Under the pieces are notes generated by a model. It was given only the letters and a program-made list of their open reading frames with translations. It was not told where the DNA came from and ran no database searches. From positions 5,704,001 through 5,768,000 of the forward strand of contig CATNEN010000039.1 in assembly GCA_950097015.1 (NCBI GenBank): a DNA stretch of 64,000 bases. Reading direction: 5' to 3'. Origin of the DNA: Macrostomum hystrix (lineage: Eukaryota > Animalia > Platyhelminthes). Positions 36,538 through 50,035 of the stretch are shown here, piece after piece (the first letter of the stretch is position 1; the number at the start of each line of letters is the position of its first letter). The translations under genes were made by a program, and so were the position numbers.

Positions 36538-38159
36538 GTCGGTGTCTGCTGGCTATTTACAGTCAAACAGGATGCAGAGGATGCGAGTTGATGGCTGCAC
36601 TGAATATTTGAATAATTAAATCAATTTTTCATATGATAATGTGAGAAAACAAACTAGTCGATAAGCCTTTATATACATTTACTATAAAACCCGAATCAGA
36701 TTACTATATGAACAACTAGCTTCATCTGTTACACTTTAGTTATAGCTTACATAGAAATAATTAAACTAATGACTAACTCCAAAGTGAAGGAGGAACAAGA
36801 ACCACGCGTTAATGAATTTCTGCTAAAATTTCTACTGTGAAAAATAAATTCTAAATCTATAGAATGATGTAAAGCATCAATAGGCACAGTATATTTTATC
36901 ACAATATTTTATCGAAAACGAACAGGCATTCGTTAAATTACACCGCAACTTTCAGCCCAAACGGTACCTTAAAACTTAGTATCATACACGCAAAAAAAAG
37001 ATTTTTATCAACTTATGTACATCCCGTATTTATTTTTAGCAGCACGCCAGGCTAGGAACAATCGCTTCTATTTTTAGGCACAAGTGTGTAGATTCAGCCA
37101 CTTATTTTTAGCAACACACCAAGTTACGCATGATCACGTTCTATTTTTAGCACATGTGCGTACATTTAGCCTTTTTTTGGCAACACTACGTCATCTAGCG
37201 CCTATTTTTAGCCACGTGTGTACATTGCTATTCATGAGTAGTTTTCAAAACACACCGGTCTAAATCTATTTTTAGCAGACGTGTATATTTAGCTATTTTA
37301 ATTTAGCACTAAAGGCACACAAATAAGCTTCTGTTGTTCAATTGTCTTTTGTAGAATGTTTAGCAACAAAGCGATAGAAATAAAAAATGAAACATGCAAT
37401 CTGTATTTAGGAAAAAAGCTAACAGGGCGCAGAAACTAGAATAAAATAGCAGACCAAGTTAGGAGAAAGCAAAGATTTGCGAGCGGACACTCGAAGCTCA
37501 AAATCTACAAATCCAAGGCAACTCGTCAGTCTTCAATAAAACAGTAAAACAGAAAATGTAGGTAGGAACATGCTTTTATAAGAGCGAACGGGGACAGAAA
37601 ATGCAGCAAAACAACAAAACGGAAAGCAACTAAAAAGTAAGTTCTACTATTCCTAGTTAAAAGACAGTCTAATTGCAAAGCACTGATCTGTAATTCGATA
37701 AGTCAGTAAAGCAGCTAAAAAATAAGCGAAAAAGCTCTTGCAACATGTCATCAACTAATTAGTAGGTAAGTAGGCCCTCGGCGGTGTCATTTATTTAGCG
37801 CTTCTAGTGGAAGACAGCGGATAAAAAGAAGCAGGAAATAATTGCTCTCACTCTGGTAGCTTCGAAATGGCAACGCCTTGATAGGATCATTTTATAGCTT
37901 TTTAAAGAAGTAAAAAAGAGCAGAGTGTATGCTACTCACAGCCAGTGTGTTACTACGCAGCGGACGAAGCAGAAATTAAATAAAAAGAGCTCGCTCTGAA
38001 GGCGCTTCAAAAAATCAATAATTAGAGCAGGACAATGATCTGTAGAAATGTTTCCAAATAGAAAAGTAAAGAAATTGTAAAAGGCACTTAAGCAAGGATC
38101 TGACACTTTTATGTGTGCAGCACTTTTGCAAGCTATAGCTCCTGTTGATCAAAATAATA

Positions 38160-38470
38160 ATTGTTATTATAATTGCAGGAGGGCTGCGGGCAATGGCACA
38201 TCATTTGGTGACACTAGACCCGCAGCCAACGAGGATGCAATTCTGCTCATTTCACTGACTCCTGAGCACACAGATAATGTACGCATGCTCACACTCACAC
38301 AGGTGTGTACATCTGTCCAGACTTTCTCATCGTCAGGCCGTGTACACTCTCACTGTGCCTTTCACAAGACTTTTCTCTCCGCGGCTGCGCCCCAGATTAC
38401 ATTGGCCTCACCGCGGAATCGAGCTCAGGGACCTTGGTGCGAGAAGCTGTATCAACCGCTCTATTCTCTA
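38160..38470 (-). mobile_element. SINE family B copy (near full length)
   Basis: Reverse complement has CTCGCACCAAGGTCCCTGAGCTCGATTCC...GGGGCGCAGCCGCGGAGAG...CCTGACGATGAGAAAGTC...TGTCACCAAATGAT and an AT-rich tail. Confidence 0.8.
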
Positions 38471-38611
38471 CTCCTCTGTAGGGGCAGAAACGCAAAATAA
38501 CTTTCGCAAAAGCGCCACAGAGACGCACAAAATAAAGCAGCAAAGAAGCAAATAATCCGTTTAGAAAATTGTCAAGCAAAACTCTCCGACGACAAGCTTT
38601 TTCCAGCAGTT

Positions 38612-41600
38612 TTATTGCACTCTCCATCGACACTTAGGATCATGCCGATGTGCCTAGCAGAAAGGAAACGAAAAAAAATATGTCGATTAAAAATATTTGA
38701 CGCACTGGTAATGAAAATATCAGGAGCACAGAAAATTCTAGAACACCAGGTTAAAGTTTTGGTCTGTTCTGATGCTTGATTATGAAACAACAATTTTCGT
38801 CTGGGTTTGCTTTTCCTACTGTTTTAGAACTCTCGACATTCAACTGGGGATCATTGTCAACTGGGGGATCATTGTCAACTGGGGGATCATTGTCAACTGG
38901 GGGATCATTGTCAACTGGGGGATCATGGTCAACGGGGGTGATCATTGTCAACTGGGGGATCATTGTCAACTGGGGGATCATTGTCAACTGGGGGATCATT
39001 GTCAACTGGGGATCATTGTCAACTGGGGGATCATTGTCAACTGGGGGATCATTGTCAACTGGGGGATCATGGTCAACGGGGGTGATCATTGTCAACTGGG
39101 GGAACATTGTCAACTGGGGATCATCATAAACGGGGAGTCATCGTCAAATGGGGGATCATAGTCAACTGGGAAATAATTGTCAACTGGGTGATCATCATCA
39201 ACTGGGGGATCATCATCAACTGGGGGATCATTGGGAACTGTGGGATCATTGTAAACTGGGGGATCATTGTCAACTGGGGAATCATTGTCAACTGGGGGAT
39301 CGTTGTCAACTGGGTGATCATCATCAATTGGGGGATCATTGTGAACTGGGGGATCATTGTCAACTGAGGGATCATTGTAGCTTTAAAAAGCTTTAAATAC
39401 AGCTGCTAAAAAGTATATACTAGACGAATTTAAAATATTTCTGCTCCCCGAAGGGAGGCAAAACTTGCTAGTAAAATCCTAAAGCTGGAAAGGTATTGTG
39501 TGGGAATTCCTAACTCATATAATAGACTGAGACACCACTAAACCACACGAACTGACTGACCTGACGATCCATCAACCGGGCGCTTCGGGTCCGCGACGCT
39601 GGTGCAGTATGCGAATGCTCGGGCCACAATGACCGCCTCCTGCCGACTGAGGGCTGCGCAAACTGCCAGCTGGAGACAGGCCTGGGGATAATAGCAATGG
39701 GGATCTGTCGGATATCTGAAATTTTCAACTAGGTTTTAACTAATAGTTAGTGGTGTGTGATAGAGATCTACTTTGAGGATGCACGATGTACCTGTAGATC
39801 TACTTGATAGATTTACCTGTAGATCTACTTGATAGATTTCCCTGTAGATCTACTTGATAGATTTACCTGTAGATCTACTTGATAGATGTACCTGTAGATC
39901 TACTTGATAGATATACCTTTAGATCTACTTGATAGATTTACCTGTAGATCTACTTGATAGATTTACCTGTAGATCTACTTGATAGATTTACCTGTAGATC
40001 TACTTGATAGATTTACCTGTAGATCTACTTGATAGATTTACCTGTAGATCTACTTGATAGATTTACCTGTAGATCTACTTGATAGATTTACCTGTAGATC
40101 TACTTGATAAATTTACCTGTAGATCTACTTGATAGATTTACCTGTAGATCTACTTGATAGATTTACCTGTAGATCTACTTGATAGATTTCACTGTAGATC
40201 TACTTGATAGATTTACCTGTAGATCTACTTGATAGATTTGCCTGTAGATCTACTTGATAGATTTACCTGTAGATCTACTTGATAGATTTACCTGTAGATC
40301 TACTTGATAGATTTACCTGTAGATCTACTTGATAGATTTACCTGTAGATCTACTTGATAGATTTACCTGTAGATCTACTTGATAGATTTACCTGTAGATC
40401 TACTTGATAGATTTACCTGTAGATCTACTTGATAAATTTACCTGTAGATCTACTTGATAGATTTACCTGTAGATCTACTTGATAGATTTACCTGTAGATC
40501 TACTTGATAAATTTACCTGTAGATCTACTTGATAGATTTACCTGTAGATCTACTTGATAGATTTACCTGTAGATCTACTTGATAGATTTCACTGTAGATC
40601 TACTTGATAGATTTACCTGTAGATCTACTTGATAGATTTGCCTGTAGATCTACTTGATAGATTTACCTGTAGATCTACTTGATAGATTTACCTGTAGATC
40701 TACTTGATAGATTTACCTGTAGATCTACTTGATAGATTTACCTGTAGATCTACTTGATAGATTTACCTGTAGATCTACTTGATAGATGTACCTGTAGATC
40801 TACTTGATAGATTTACCTGTAGATCTACTTGATAGATTTACCTGTAGATCTACTTGATAGATGTACCTGTAGATCTACTTGATAGATATACCTTTAGATC
40901 TACTTGATAGATTTACCTGTAGATCTACTTGATAGATTTCCCTGTAGATCTACTTGATAGATTTACCTTTAGATCTACTTGATAGATGTACCTGTAGATC
41001 TACTTGATAGATATACCTTTAGATCTACTTGATAGATTTACCTGTAGATCTACTTGATAGATTTATCTGTAGATCTACTTGATAGATTTACCTGTAGATC
41101 TACTTGATAGATTTACCTGTAGATCTACTTGATAGATGTACCTGTAGATCTACTTGATAGATTTACCTGTAGATCTACTTGATAGATTTACCTGTAGATC
41201 TACTTGATAGATGTACCTGTAGATCTACTTGATAGATATACCTTTAGATCTACTTGATAGATTTACCTGTAGATCTACTTGATAGATTTCCCTGTAGATC
41301 TACTTGATAGATTTACCTTTAGATCTACTTGATAGATGTACCTGTAGATCTACTTGATAGATATACCTTTAGATCTACTTGATAGATTTACCTGTAGATC
41401 TACTTGATAGATTTACCTGTAGATCTACTTGATAGATTTATCTGTAGATCTACTTGATAGATTTACCTGTAGATCTACTTGATAGATTTATCTGTAGATC
41501 TACTTGATAGATTTACCTGTAGATCTACTTGATAGATTTACCTGTAGATCTACTTGATAGATTGACTCTATTCTTGAAGATCGAGTTATAACAGAACTAC

Positions 41601-44600
41601 TTGATAATTAGACAGCAGATTTGGCTCTAGTAATAGATTTGACAGATATGATGATAGATATAAAGCATCTTAATAGAGAATATATCGCTTCTTATCTAAC
41701 CACACTAATCTATAGCAGTGTAAAATACGTAGAACATTTAAATTTATATTATTATGAAATTTATGCAAAATCGAGAGTGACAGATAAAACTACTAATAGT
41801 AACAAGCAGTTCTAAATTGCTGAAAATGACAGATTTCAAAGAAATGGAACAAAAACATTTAGTTAAACATTAACAACTGATTGACAGCAGAAGTTGACTG
41901 TCAACAGTTAGCACTCAAGCCAAATACAGCGGAAGTTACGGAAGTTATTACGAATATAATAAGAGCACTAATTAGACACGAAAAGGCTATGTTAGAAATC
42001 ATAAGCGAAATTCAGCTGACACCTGAGCATGCACTCACAAAGGTGAGCACATCTGTCCTGACTTTCTCATTGTCAGACAATGTACTTTCTCACTATGCCT
42101 TGGGTAGGGGGTTGGCCCTAAAAGGCGTACAGACATTGTACGATAATCCCCTAAGCCTTCTCTCCGCGGCTGCACCCCAATTTAAATCTGGCCTTACCAC
42201 GTAATCGAGCTTTATGCGCGAGGTTCGCATAGTTTTAAACAGTTAAACAAATCAAAACAGACAAAGAGCCGTCACAGCGATTGAAGTTACAAGACTACAA
42301 CTATAATCAAGTTAGACAGCGCCTGATTGACATCAACTGGCAACGTCACAGCGATTGAAGTTACAAGACTACAACTATAATCAAGTTAGACACCGCCTGA
42401 TTGACATCAACTGGCAACGTCACAGCGATTGAAGTTACAAGACTACAACTATAATCAAGTTAGACAGCGCCTGATTGACATCAACTGGCAACGTCACAGC
42501 GATTGAAGTTACAAGACTACAACTATAATCAAGTTAGACACCGCCTGATTGTCATCAACTGGCAACTAAACGAAGCCTCTAAAATTAAAAAAATAATTTT
42601 ACCAATTGTTGAGCTATCCGACTCGACCGGGGAGCAGAAATTCGACACCTTGAGAAACTCTTTCTCAGGCTGCTGCGGCGCTGACAAATGCAGACAAATT
42701 GATGTTTTTCAGATGAATTTGCATGTCAAACAATAACCTGACTGAGTGGCGAACTTTTTATGCGCAAATTATCCAATTCGTAAGCTGTACGAACGTATAT
42801 GTCGATGTTCCAGCAATTGTGTGGTGAAAACTCAAATCAGAATATGAAAACGAAATGAAAACAAGTTCCCTCCACCCCACTCCCGATGCCCGACACAAAC
42901 CGGTTCTGCTTGGCCGGGTCGGTGCCTGATTGGTCAGCGTTGCCCCACCTCCCTTTCTGCATTGGCTTAGGCGACACCCTGCCCCAGCGCCCACCCTCCC
43001 CCGCCTCGCACGCAGTGCGTGCATTTAAGGCGCGCCGCACGATCCCCTCCATGCGAGTGCCGGCCTCTCTCCACCACCTCTCTTCCACACTGAACTCTGA
43101 GTGGTCCAGAACTTTTCTGTCTAACCCCAGGCCATGAAACTACGTTATCTGCTTAGCAGGGGGGGGGCTTAAAGAAAGCCTATTTAATTGGCTGGAAGAA
43201 CTCATCGAACCCCAGCTATTCTAACCCCTGCCCGAACCCCATAAGCATGAGATATAAATAGACACAGGAATAGGTTGTCTCGCATCACACGCGCAATAAT
43301 AACATTTTTAAGATGCAAAAAGAGATTAAATTATGTAGAAAGATTTCAGCCTCACCTGGAAACACGATGGAAACAGCAGCTCCAGGCACACGTACACCGG
43401 AGTCTTCCAGTTTTCTAACTATAGCCGCAGTGGCCTGTCGCCTCTGCTGGTGAGAGCTAACCGTGTGAAAATTCTGCTGCCCATGTGATCTCAGTGTATA
43501 GTGATGCACTACCCGCACCGCTGGGCCACCGGCAGACTGGGACTGGGAATTCGGCGACATCGTGGCGGAGCCGCGTGCCAGCGTCGCCAAAACGCGTCGC
43601 CTCTCCGCCAGAAGAATGGTGGACGTTGTCGGCGGTGGAATAGCCAGAGGCGCTGTTGATATGCTGGCAACCAGCAGGCGGCGCCTCATTAGGAGGCTGC
43701 GCGACGGCACTGGAGCCTGAGCTTCAGGTCTGGGCGGCTGCGGCTGCGACATCTCGGCCAAAGTGCCACTTGAATTCTCAGCAACGCTCTGATTTTCATC
43801 GAACACTTCGCTGACTACCACCGGTGCAGTTTCTTCAGCATTCTCGACTGAGGGATTTGTCGATCCCAGATTTGTCGATGACGAACTGTCGGCGAATTTT
43901 CGAGGTGTCGAAGCGGACGCTATGGAGTCCGAGAAGCGAACACTTTTTCTGAGCCGGGAAGAGACTGGGAGGCTGCGGCTTCTGCCAGATTCCAAAGCAG
44001 GCTCCGAATCCGACAGTGGAACCTTTTTGAGGATACTTGGCCTCCGTTCTGGGGTCCCAGATGGAATAGCCGGCTCTATGGTTACTATGGAAACAGATTG
44101 TCTAGCAAAAAATTTGGGTACAGGTCCAATGGAGGCTGATGCTGAGCCAGACAGACCAAAGGTCGTTGCCTTGACAACTGGTACCGGAACATTTGTGCAT
44201 ACCGGAGATGCCTTCGTGCAGGATGCACCGGCTGGTAGTTTGGTCGACCAATCGCCTAAATCGGTTGCAGTTGCGGTTGCCATGGACTTGCTAACAATAC
44301 TCTTTGGAGTAGATTCATGTTCGGCTTCTTCTGTCTTCGACAATGTAACTTCTTTATTATTCATTGATGTTGCAGAAGCTTCAGTTGATGTGCATGAAGC
44401 CATGGACAGCGCAGTCTCTCTAGGAGACGTTGACAATGAACCATTGTCACAGGTATTCAGTTTACCATCTGCAATTAATGTCACTGTTGTTTCCGCAGAC
44501 AACGAAGCAGGTGGATTAAGGGAGGGTTCATTGCTTGCTAGTGCCGTGTCTTCATTGGTCACAGTAAAAGGCTTGCTAATTTGCATAGTTCTCATTGAAA

Positions 44601-45813
44601 ACACGGAAGCATCATTCGCGGTCAAATCTTTAGTAGCTATGGTAAATACCGTTATTGACTCACTCTCAGATGCACTGGTAACAGCTTTCATTGGCTCACT
44701 ATCACCAAGCATTGCTGCTTGATGAGATTCCCAATCGCGAAGTTCTCGCCAACCGCCGGTGCTATTCGAATCCGAGCAGCTTTCGCAGTTGCTAAGCAGA
44801 CTGCGTCCCTGAATGCGGTTGCTATGCAGCTTCTTTGGACGGTACTTCTCAGCAAAGCTGACAGCGTCAGAGCGATTTGACTGTGACGATTGCGATCTTC
44901 GCTGCTGCTGCTGCATTGGAGAATGACTGCGGTAATGCTGGCGCTGCTTCCTTGGAGATGCCTTAGCAACTGTCGTTGCTGCAGTGTTTGGTGACTCGCG
45001 CAGTAGCCGCCAGGTCTCCTCTAGCCGACCGCCGCTGAGCATGCCACCTGAACTGTCCAGCTTCCCTGATAAATAATGAATAGATAAAAAGTTATACATA
45101 GCCCAGCTGGACCAGGTTTAAACCCAAAGGCCGTGTACAGCTGTTCTGTCCGTGGACTGGTAAGACTACCAGAGAAACCCAAATTTCTACCCCAGCTGAT
45201 GCTGGAACCCATTTTCCAGCTGGGTTCAAGGACAAAATTGGTCTATCTTGGACCTGGATTCGAACTCACGACCCATCAGTCTTCGAAGTTGGTAAAAGCT
45301 TTCGCTACTGGGCCACAGCAATTTCAGACTAATGTTTTACGTTCTATTTATAGACTATTGATTGCCTGCTCTCTCACATAGCTCCATATGTTGAGCATTC
45401 TCGCTTCGGACGACCATGCCGCCACTGCCAGCCTCGGAGTAGCTGCGATGTCGCTGCTGCTGTCCCAGACCATCGGTTGCCTCCACAAGGCGCTGACGCG
45501 ACAGAGCTAGAGCAGCTTCGCGACGCTTCAAATCCTCGGCATCGGCGTCCGCCGCCGCCTGTCGCAGCCGCTGCAGCTGCCGCCTGGGCGGAGAGCGAAG
45601 GTTATATATATTATATAATTCAAATGTGCTCATCAAACTACAGCATCAAAGCTTCATTTTCAAAATAATTTAATTTTATAGTAAGAGCAGACTATAAAAA
45701 TTATATTTTTTCTTTAAAAGTTCTTACCGTTTCTTTCTGTTAGCCTCGCCGGTTGCAAGTTGCTGAGTTTTAGAAGTCTCATGCTGAGATCCAGCAAGCA
45801 GATGGCCAGACAT
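38612..45813 (-). CDS. Large S/T/A-rich disordered protein with SILK and RVxF motifs; exons 45813-45728, 45583-45378, 45065-43356, 39715-39561, 38653-38612 (last two tentative)
   Basis: 604-aa ORF as the core exon; flanking exons join with compatible phases (CG|G, T|GG, G|AT, CAG|GCA); no recognisable folded domain. Confidence 0.65.
38840..39380. repeat. 18-bp minisatellite (TCAACTGGGGGATCATTG)
   Basis: About 30 copies, degenerating 3'. Confidence 0.96.
39788..41562. repeat. 25-bp minisatellite with palindrome GTAGATCTAC (ACCTGTAGATCTACTTGATAGATTT)
   Basis: About 71 copies. Confidence 0.98.
42020..42215 (-). mobile_element. SINE family B fragment
   Basis: CACATCTGTCCTGACTTTCTCATTGTCAG...CTCTCCGCGGCTGCACCCCAA shared with the 38160 copy. 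Confidence 0.75.
42271..42567. repeat. 74-bp tandem repeat x4
   Basis: GTCACAGCGATTGAAGTTACAAG... at 42271, 42345, 42419, 42493. Confidence 0.97.
45100..45320 (-). mobile_element. Diverged SINE family A relative
   Basis: CCCCAGCTGATGCTGGAACCCATTTTCCAGCTGGGT, GTCCGTGGACTGG and reverse B-box GGATTCGAACTC. Confidence 0.65.
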
Positions 45814-46468
45814 GGCGCCAAATAGCTTTTGATGCGGCTGGTCCTTCAGAAATTAGGAAACTGTAGTCACATTGCAAACAGTTAAACTGAAATTAAGTTC
45901 AATAAATAAACTGTTTATACAAAGTTTCTCCATATTTTTGTAGTGAAATAGTAAATATTTATGCTCTTTGATTTTAAAGACAGGACAAAGTAATATTTCC
46001 TTACTTATTTACAACCAATTCTTGTAAAATTAGCAACAATATTAACTAAGACAAGTAAAGCTCACAATTTTGCCTTTCCAAACAATTAGCTTGCCTTATG
46101 AATAAATAGCTAACTGATCACAAAAAACATTATAAGCATCGATTTTCAGGGAAGTCCAACCAAACCCATAGGCTCATGTAATTCAGGTTGGCTTGTAGAT
46201 TACACAAGGGACAATAGGTAGGTAATTGTTTTCTATGCTTAATTTTACCAATATTAAACAGTATATATTTGGCCCATGTATCATTTTAAATAAAAATAAT
46301 AAATTGCTGCCGAATTCAAAGCAGTAGGCATGACACATAAAGGGAAATATTAATGAATAGCTAAAAATTATTAAATTAAACAAAATAATTTTATATTAGG
46401 GTGCAGTTTCTACATTAGTAGATACTAACAATAGCAACTAACAGCAACTAACAGTAACTGAGCAACAG

Positions 46469-46646
46469 CAATGGCATATCCAAGTGGGGAATGGGGCAGG
46501 GGATGTGGGGATAGATCCCCATAGGTGTTTATCAATTTTTTCCTTTAAATTTCTAAAGAGTAAATGAACTGCGGTGTCAAAGTCAGGGTGCGGGGTCTAA
46601 ATAAAAAAAATTACAACCCTAAAACAAAATCCTGGTTTTGCATCTG
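46469..46646. mobile_element. Degenerate hAT-like MITE
   Basis: Perfect 8-bp TSD AGCAACAG (46461-46468, 46647-46654); degenerate termini CAATGGCATATCCA / TGGTTTTGCATCTG. Confidence 0.6.
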
Positions 46647-48751
46647 AGCAACAGTTTAACAAAATATATTAGTAATTGCAATGAGCTAAATCTATCAGAT
46701 AAAAAATTAATGCCACAGTAACCAAAATATACAAATGAGAAATCATATTATGTGTATTATGAGAACTTATAATATATATTTAAAAAATTGCATCTACATC
46801 TTAAATTATAAATCATGATTATCTCATTAGCAAGCATTTGAGTAGATAATATGAGTAGACGAATTCTTTTTAATAGTTTGATTATTGAATAAAAAATGTG
46901 CTTCAACTAAAAATGATTCAAAGAACAAACGAAAAATACATTAGTGACACGTAAACGTGGGCATGCAATTAAAAGTCTAAAAGACGAAGACTACTAGACT
47001 TGCAATCCTTATTTATTACGTTAAGATAATATGAATATTTTTTCTATAATCCTGCTAACCAGAATACAAGATGACAATTTATTAGATGACAATAAGAATA
47101 GTGTTAGTAATATTTAAATAAGAAGAGCGCTGATCAGAAGACAGAGGCTTAATTAGTGAACCCTAGCGACAATCCGATCAACAAATATAAAATATAAAAT
47201 GAAAAAACTAAACGTACTGCTTGGTTCTACGCACAAAAACAAATCAAAATTCAAGCGTGGTAGCAAAAATATTTCAAAATTTTTAGTTTCAATTTTTGCC
47301 ACAATCAGAATAATATATAACTTCTTCTTCCCGTGGTCCTTGGATTGCAAATGTATAGTAGTTAACGTTTCTTTTAACAAAACATTTCTAATATTTACTT
47401 TACAGTTAAACTATACCGAGTGAAGCCCTTTTTACCAGAAGAAGTAGTTTAAACACAGTGTAGAAAGGCTTTTTATTATTTTTGGCTTAAAATTTTGCCT
47501 ATTTATTATACTCCTACCAGCATAAACAGTCTGCACAGAAAAGGATTGATTTACTATGCATTATTAAACGCATTGAAACCGGAAAAATTAACAAATTAAC
47601 ACTAAAAGAAAGAAAAGAAGAAATAAGTCTAACACCTCAATCGCAGCTGAACTATATGCAGCTAAATTTATATGTTATCTTCTTTCATTAGTCCTCGATC
47701 TTTCATTAGTAGCCAGCCGCAAAAGCATCAGCAACTTTGCTGCACTTCCAAAGTTCATGGCAACGTCTACACTTGTGGTCCAATTGAGTTTGTTTAAATA
47801 AAGTATTGCACTTACTTAAGTGTGGATGACTTAAAACATTTTGGATATAATATTTGATCGCTATATTCCCAGTTTTCTGCTGTTTAATCTGTTCCCGAAG
47901 GTCTTCTCTTCTTTCTTCTGACTCTTCATGCATGTTCTAGATTGTTACGAAACAATGGCGATCTGCATACTTGTGAGCCATCTATCAGTTTTCAAAAATG
48001 CGTTTTGCAACACGACGGTTTTATTTTTAAATGCACACCGACAGCCAGAGCTGGCTTTCTAGGTCGTCGCAAATGAAGCGCCATGAGTATATCCGTTAGC
48101 GAAAAATTTATAATTATAAATAACTATGTCCCGTACGTTAAAGATTTAAATTTCGGATCTAATTTCGTATTTAGAGCTTTTTTCTACGAATATGGGCCGC
48201 ATATAGTTTTGAAAAGCAATGTTAGAGACTTGGGTGTCTGAACAAACACTGTCTAGCTCTGCTAGCATATGATTGCTCCGCAAATTTGCTTTGCCTTGTC
48301 CCTGCAATTTGGTTCTCGTTCATATGGTAACAGCGACATTGTACAGTTACGAGGAGTAATTTTACATGGCCAGCTAGTTTAGCAGACAGAAAGACTTCAG
48401 ACTGTATATAAGTTGAAAATATTTCTAAGGAAATTTCAAGGAAGGTTCAAAACAGACTGAAAACTGGAAATTTCTTGGCACATCTTGAAATTCGACCTTG
48501 CATGCTTACAGCAAAGTTCATTTTCAGCCGATGAGGCCAATCTCATGACCGCAATAACACCGTTCAATCCATGATGTACCCCAGCTGCTGAGTGAACTGA
48601 ATCATAAAAACTAAAGTAAAGAGATTCGAACTTCCAACCTCTCGGTACAATGCTCTGTCCACTGGACTGCCGCAAGCTCTCTTTCAGTATTTTTTGTACT
48701 GAAAACTGGCTAAAAATCCTTTTTATTAGCTATTGTGTTATTGTCGTCAGT

Positions 48752-49620
48752 TCAGCTGTCATCGTCATACTCACGTCGGTGCAGCTGCGGGGATGGACTG
48801 GACGTCGCTTCGACGGCAGACAGCTGCTGCTCTTCTAGAAGACGCGCTAAGTTTTCCTCTGCGTCGCCCGAGGGCAGTCCTTTTCGCCGGAGCCACTCGA
48901 TGTTCAGCCACACCTGCTTGATAATGAAGCATCTTGACTTACTTGACTTAGCTGCAGGGTGGTCCATGGACGCAGCGGGGAGGCGAGGATCGCCCATACC
49001 GCTAACCCCTGTAGGCCCGCAGACAGGCAAGGGCGCGGGGCCGGTCAGGGTGGTCCGCCGGTCCGTCCTGCAGCGTTGTCTTCCGTAGGGAAGAACGTGG
49101 CTCGTCTTGTTGCCCGGAGGAACTGGACGAGCCGTGGAATGCTGTCGGGCTGGCAGATCTCGTCCATAGACGGGTTGGGCCCGAGGTAGCGTAGCCGGTC
49201 TCTGTTAAAGAAAGGGCAGTGACACACAAAGTGCTCAGCATCTTCGTTGTCGTACTCACAGAATGGGCAGAGTTCACTCTCAAGGTCGCCCCGGAGGAAA
49301 CAGTGCCTAGCGAGGTAGCCGTGGCCCGTGAGGGTCATGGCGAGGGCGCGGATATCCTTCCGGTTTTGGTTCAAAAGGATGTTCCTAAGCCTGCGAGACG
49401 GGCGCGGAACTGCGGCACGGGATTGATGAAGCATCAGTTTTGTCTCATTTTTTGTAAATTATTGTCTTCAAAGAAGAAAAGAGGTTGGAAACACCTGCAT
49501 GGCATTAAAACAATGATGTAGCAACGGAAACCCGATACCCTTCGATTCCACAGCTGAATAAGATGATAAAAAACGATTATCGCGGTAAAGCCTTGGGTTG
49601 TCTCCAAGCCAGGGCCACAT
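48752..49620 (-). CDS. Tentative ~95-aa orphan protein; exons 49620-49495, 48913-48752
   Basis: Phase-0 join MWPWLGDNPRLY...FNAMQ|VWLNIEWLRRKGLP...EYDDDS*; the intron contains the LINE insertion; no known domain. Confidence 0.4.
48934..49425 (-). mobile_element. 5'-truncated non-LTR retrotransposon (I/R1/LOA-type ORF2 C-terminus)
   Basis: LTGHGYLARH...CPFC...EDAEHFVCHCP CCHC finger, short 3'UTR, CTAAGTCAAGTAAGTCAAG tail, perfect 10-bp TSD ATGAAGCATC (48924-48933, 49426-49435). Confidence 0.9.
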
Positions 49621-50035
49621 GCTTCCGGCTGAACTGCAAGGGCATATATTAGACGGTATAGCCAACTGCGAAACAGTTGCTGCCACCTGGCAGGCTGTTG
49701 TTTGCTCGCCTTTATCGGATCGAAAAAATATCGAAAGCACATTGTTCCGCTTTAATAAGCCGCGAACAGTCATGGTTGCCAGCGACGCGGTGAAAAAAGC
49801 TCTGAGACAGTGAGTGATTTCAGGCCAGCAGCCGCTGCCACTCGCGTACACGTTGCTCCTGTTATCACACGATAACAGGCCTGCAGAGCCGATGGCCAAT
49901 AAAAAGTGGTCGGGAATGACACCTCAGCGCATTGTGAGAGGGTTTCTATTCATACGACTATTTGAATGAATACTCTTAAGATCAAGCGAAATCATTCTTC
50001 AGCCTTTTCAACGCCAAAAATCTGAGACGGGATTA

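Noticed and set aside
37025-37310. Recurring TATTTTTAGC acceptor-like motif on +
   Set aside because: Looks like an old degenerate tandem repeat; no + strand gene nearby to use the sites.
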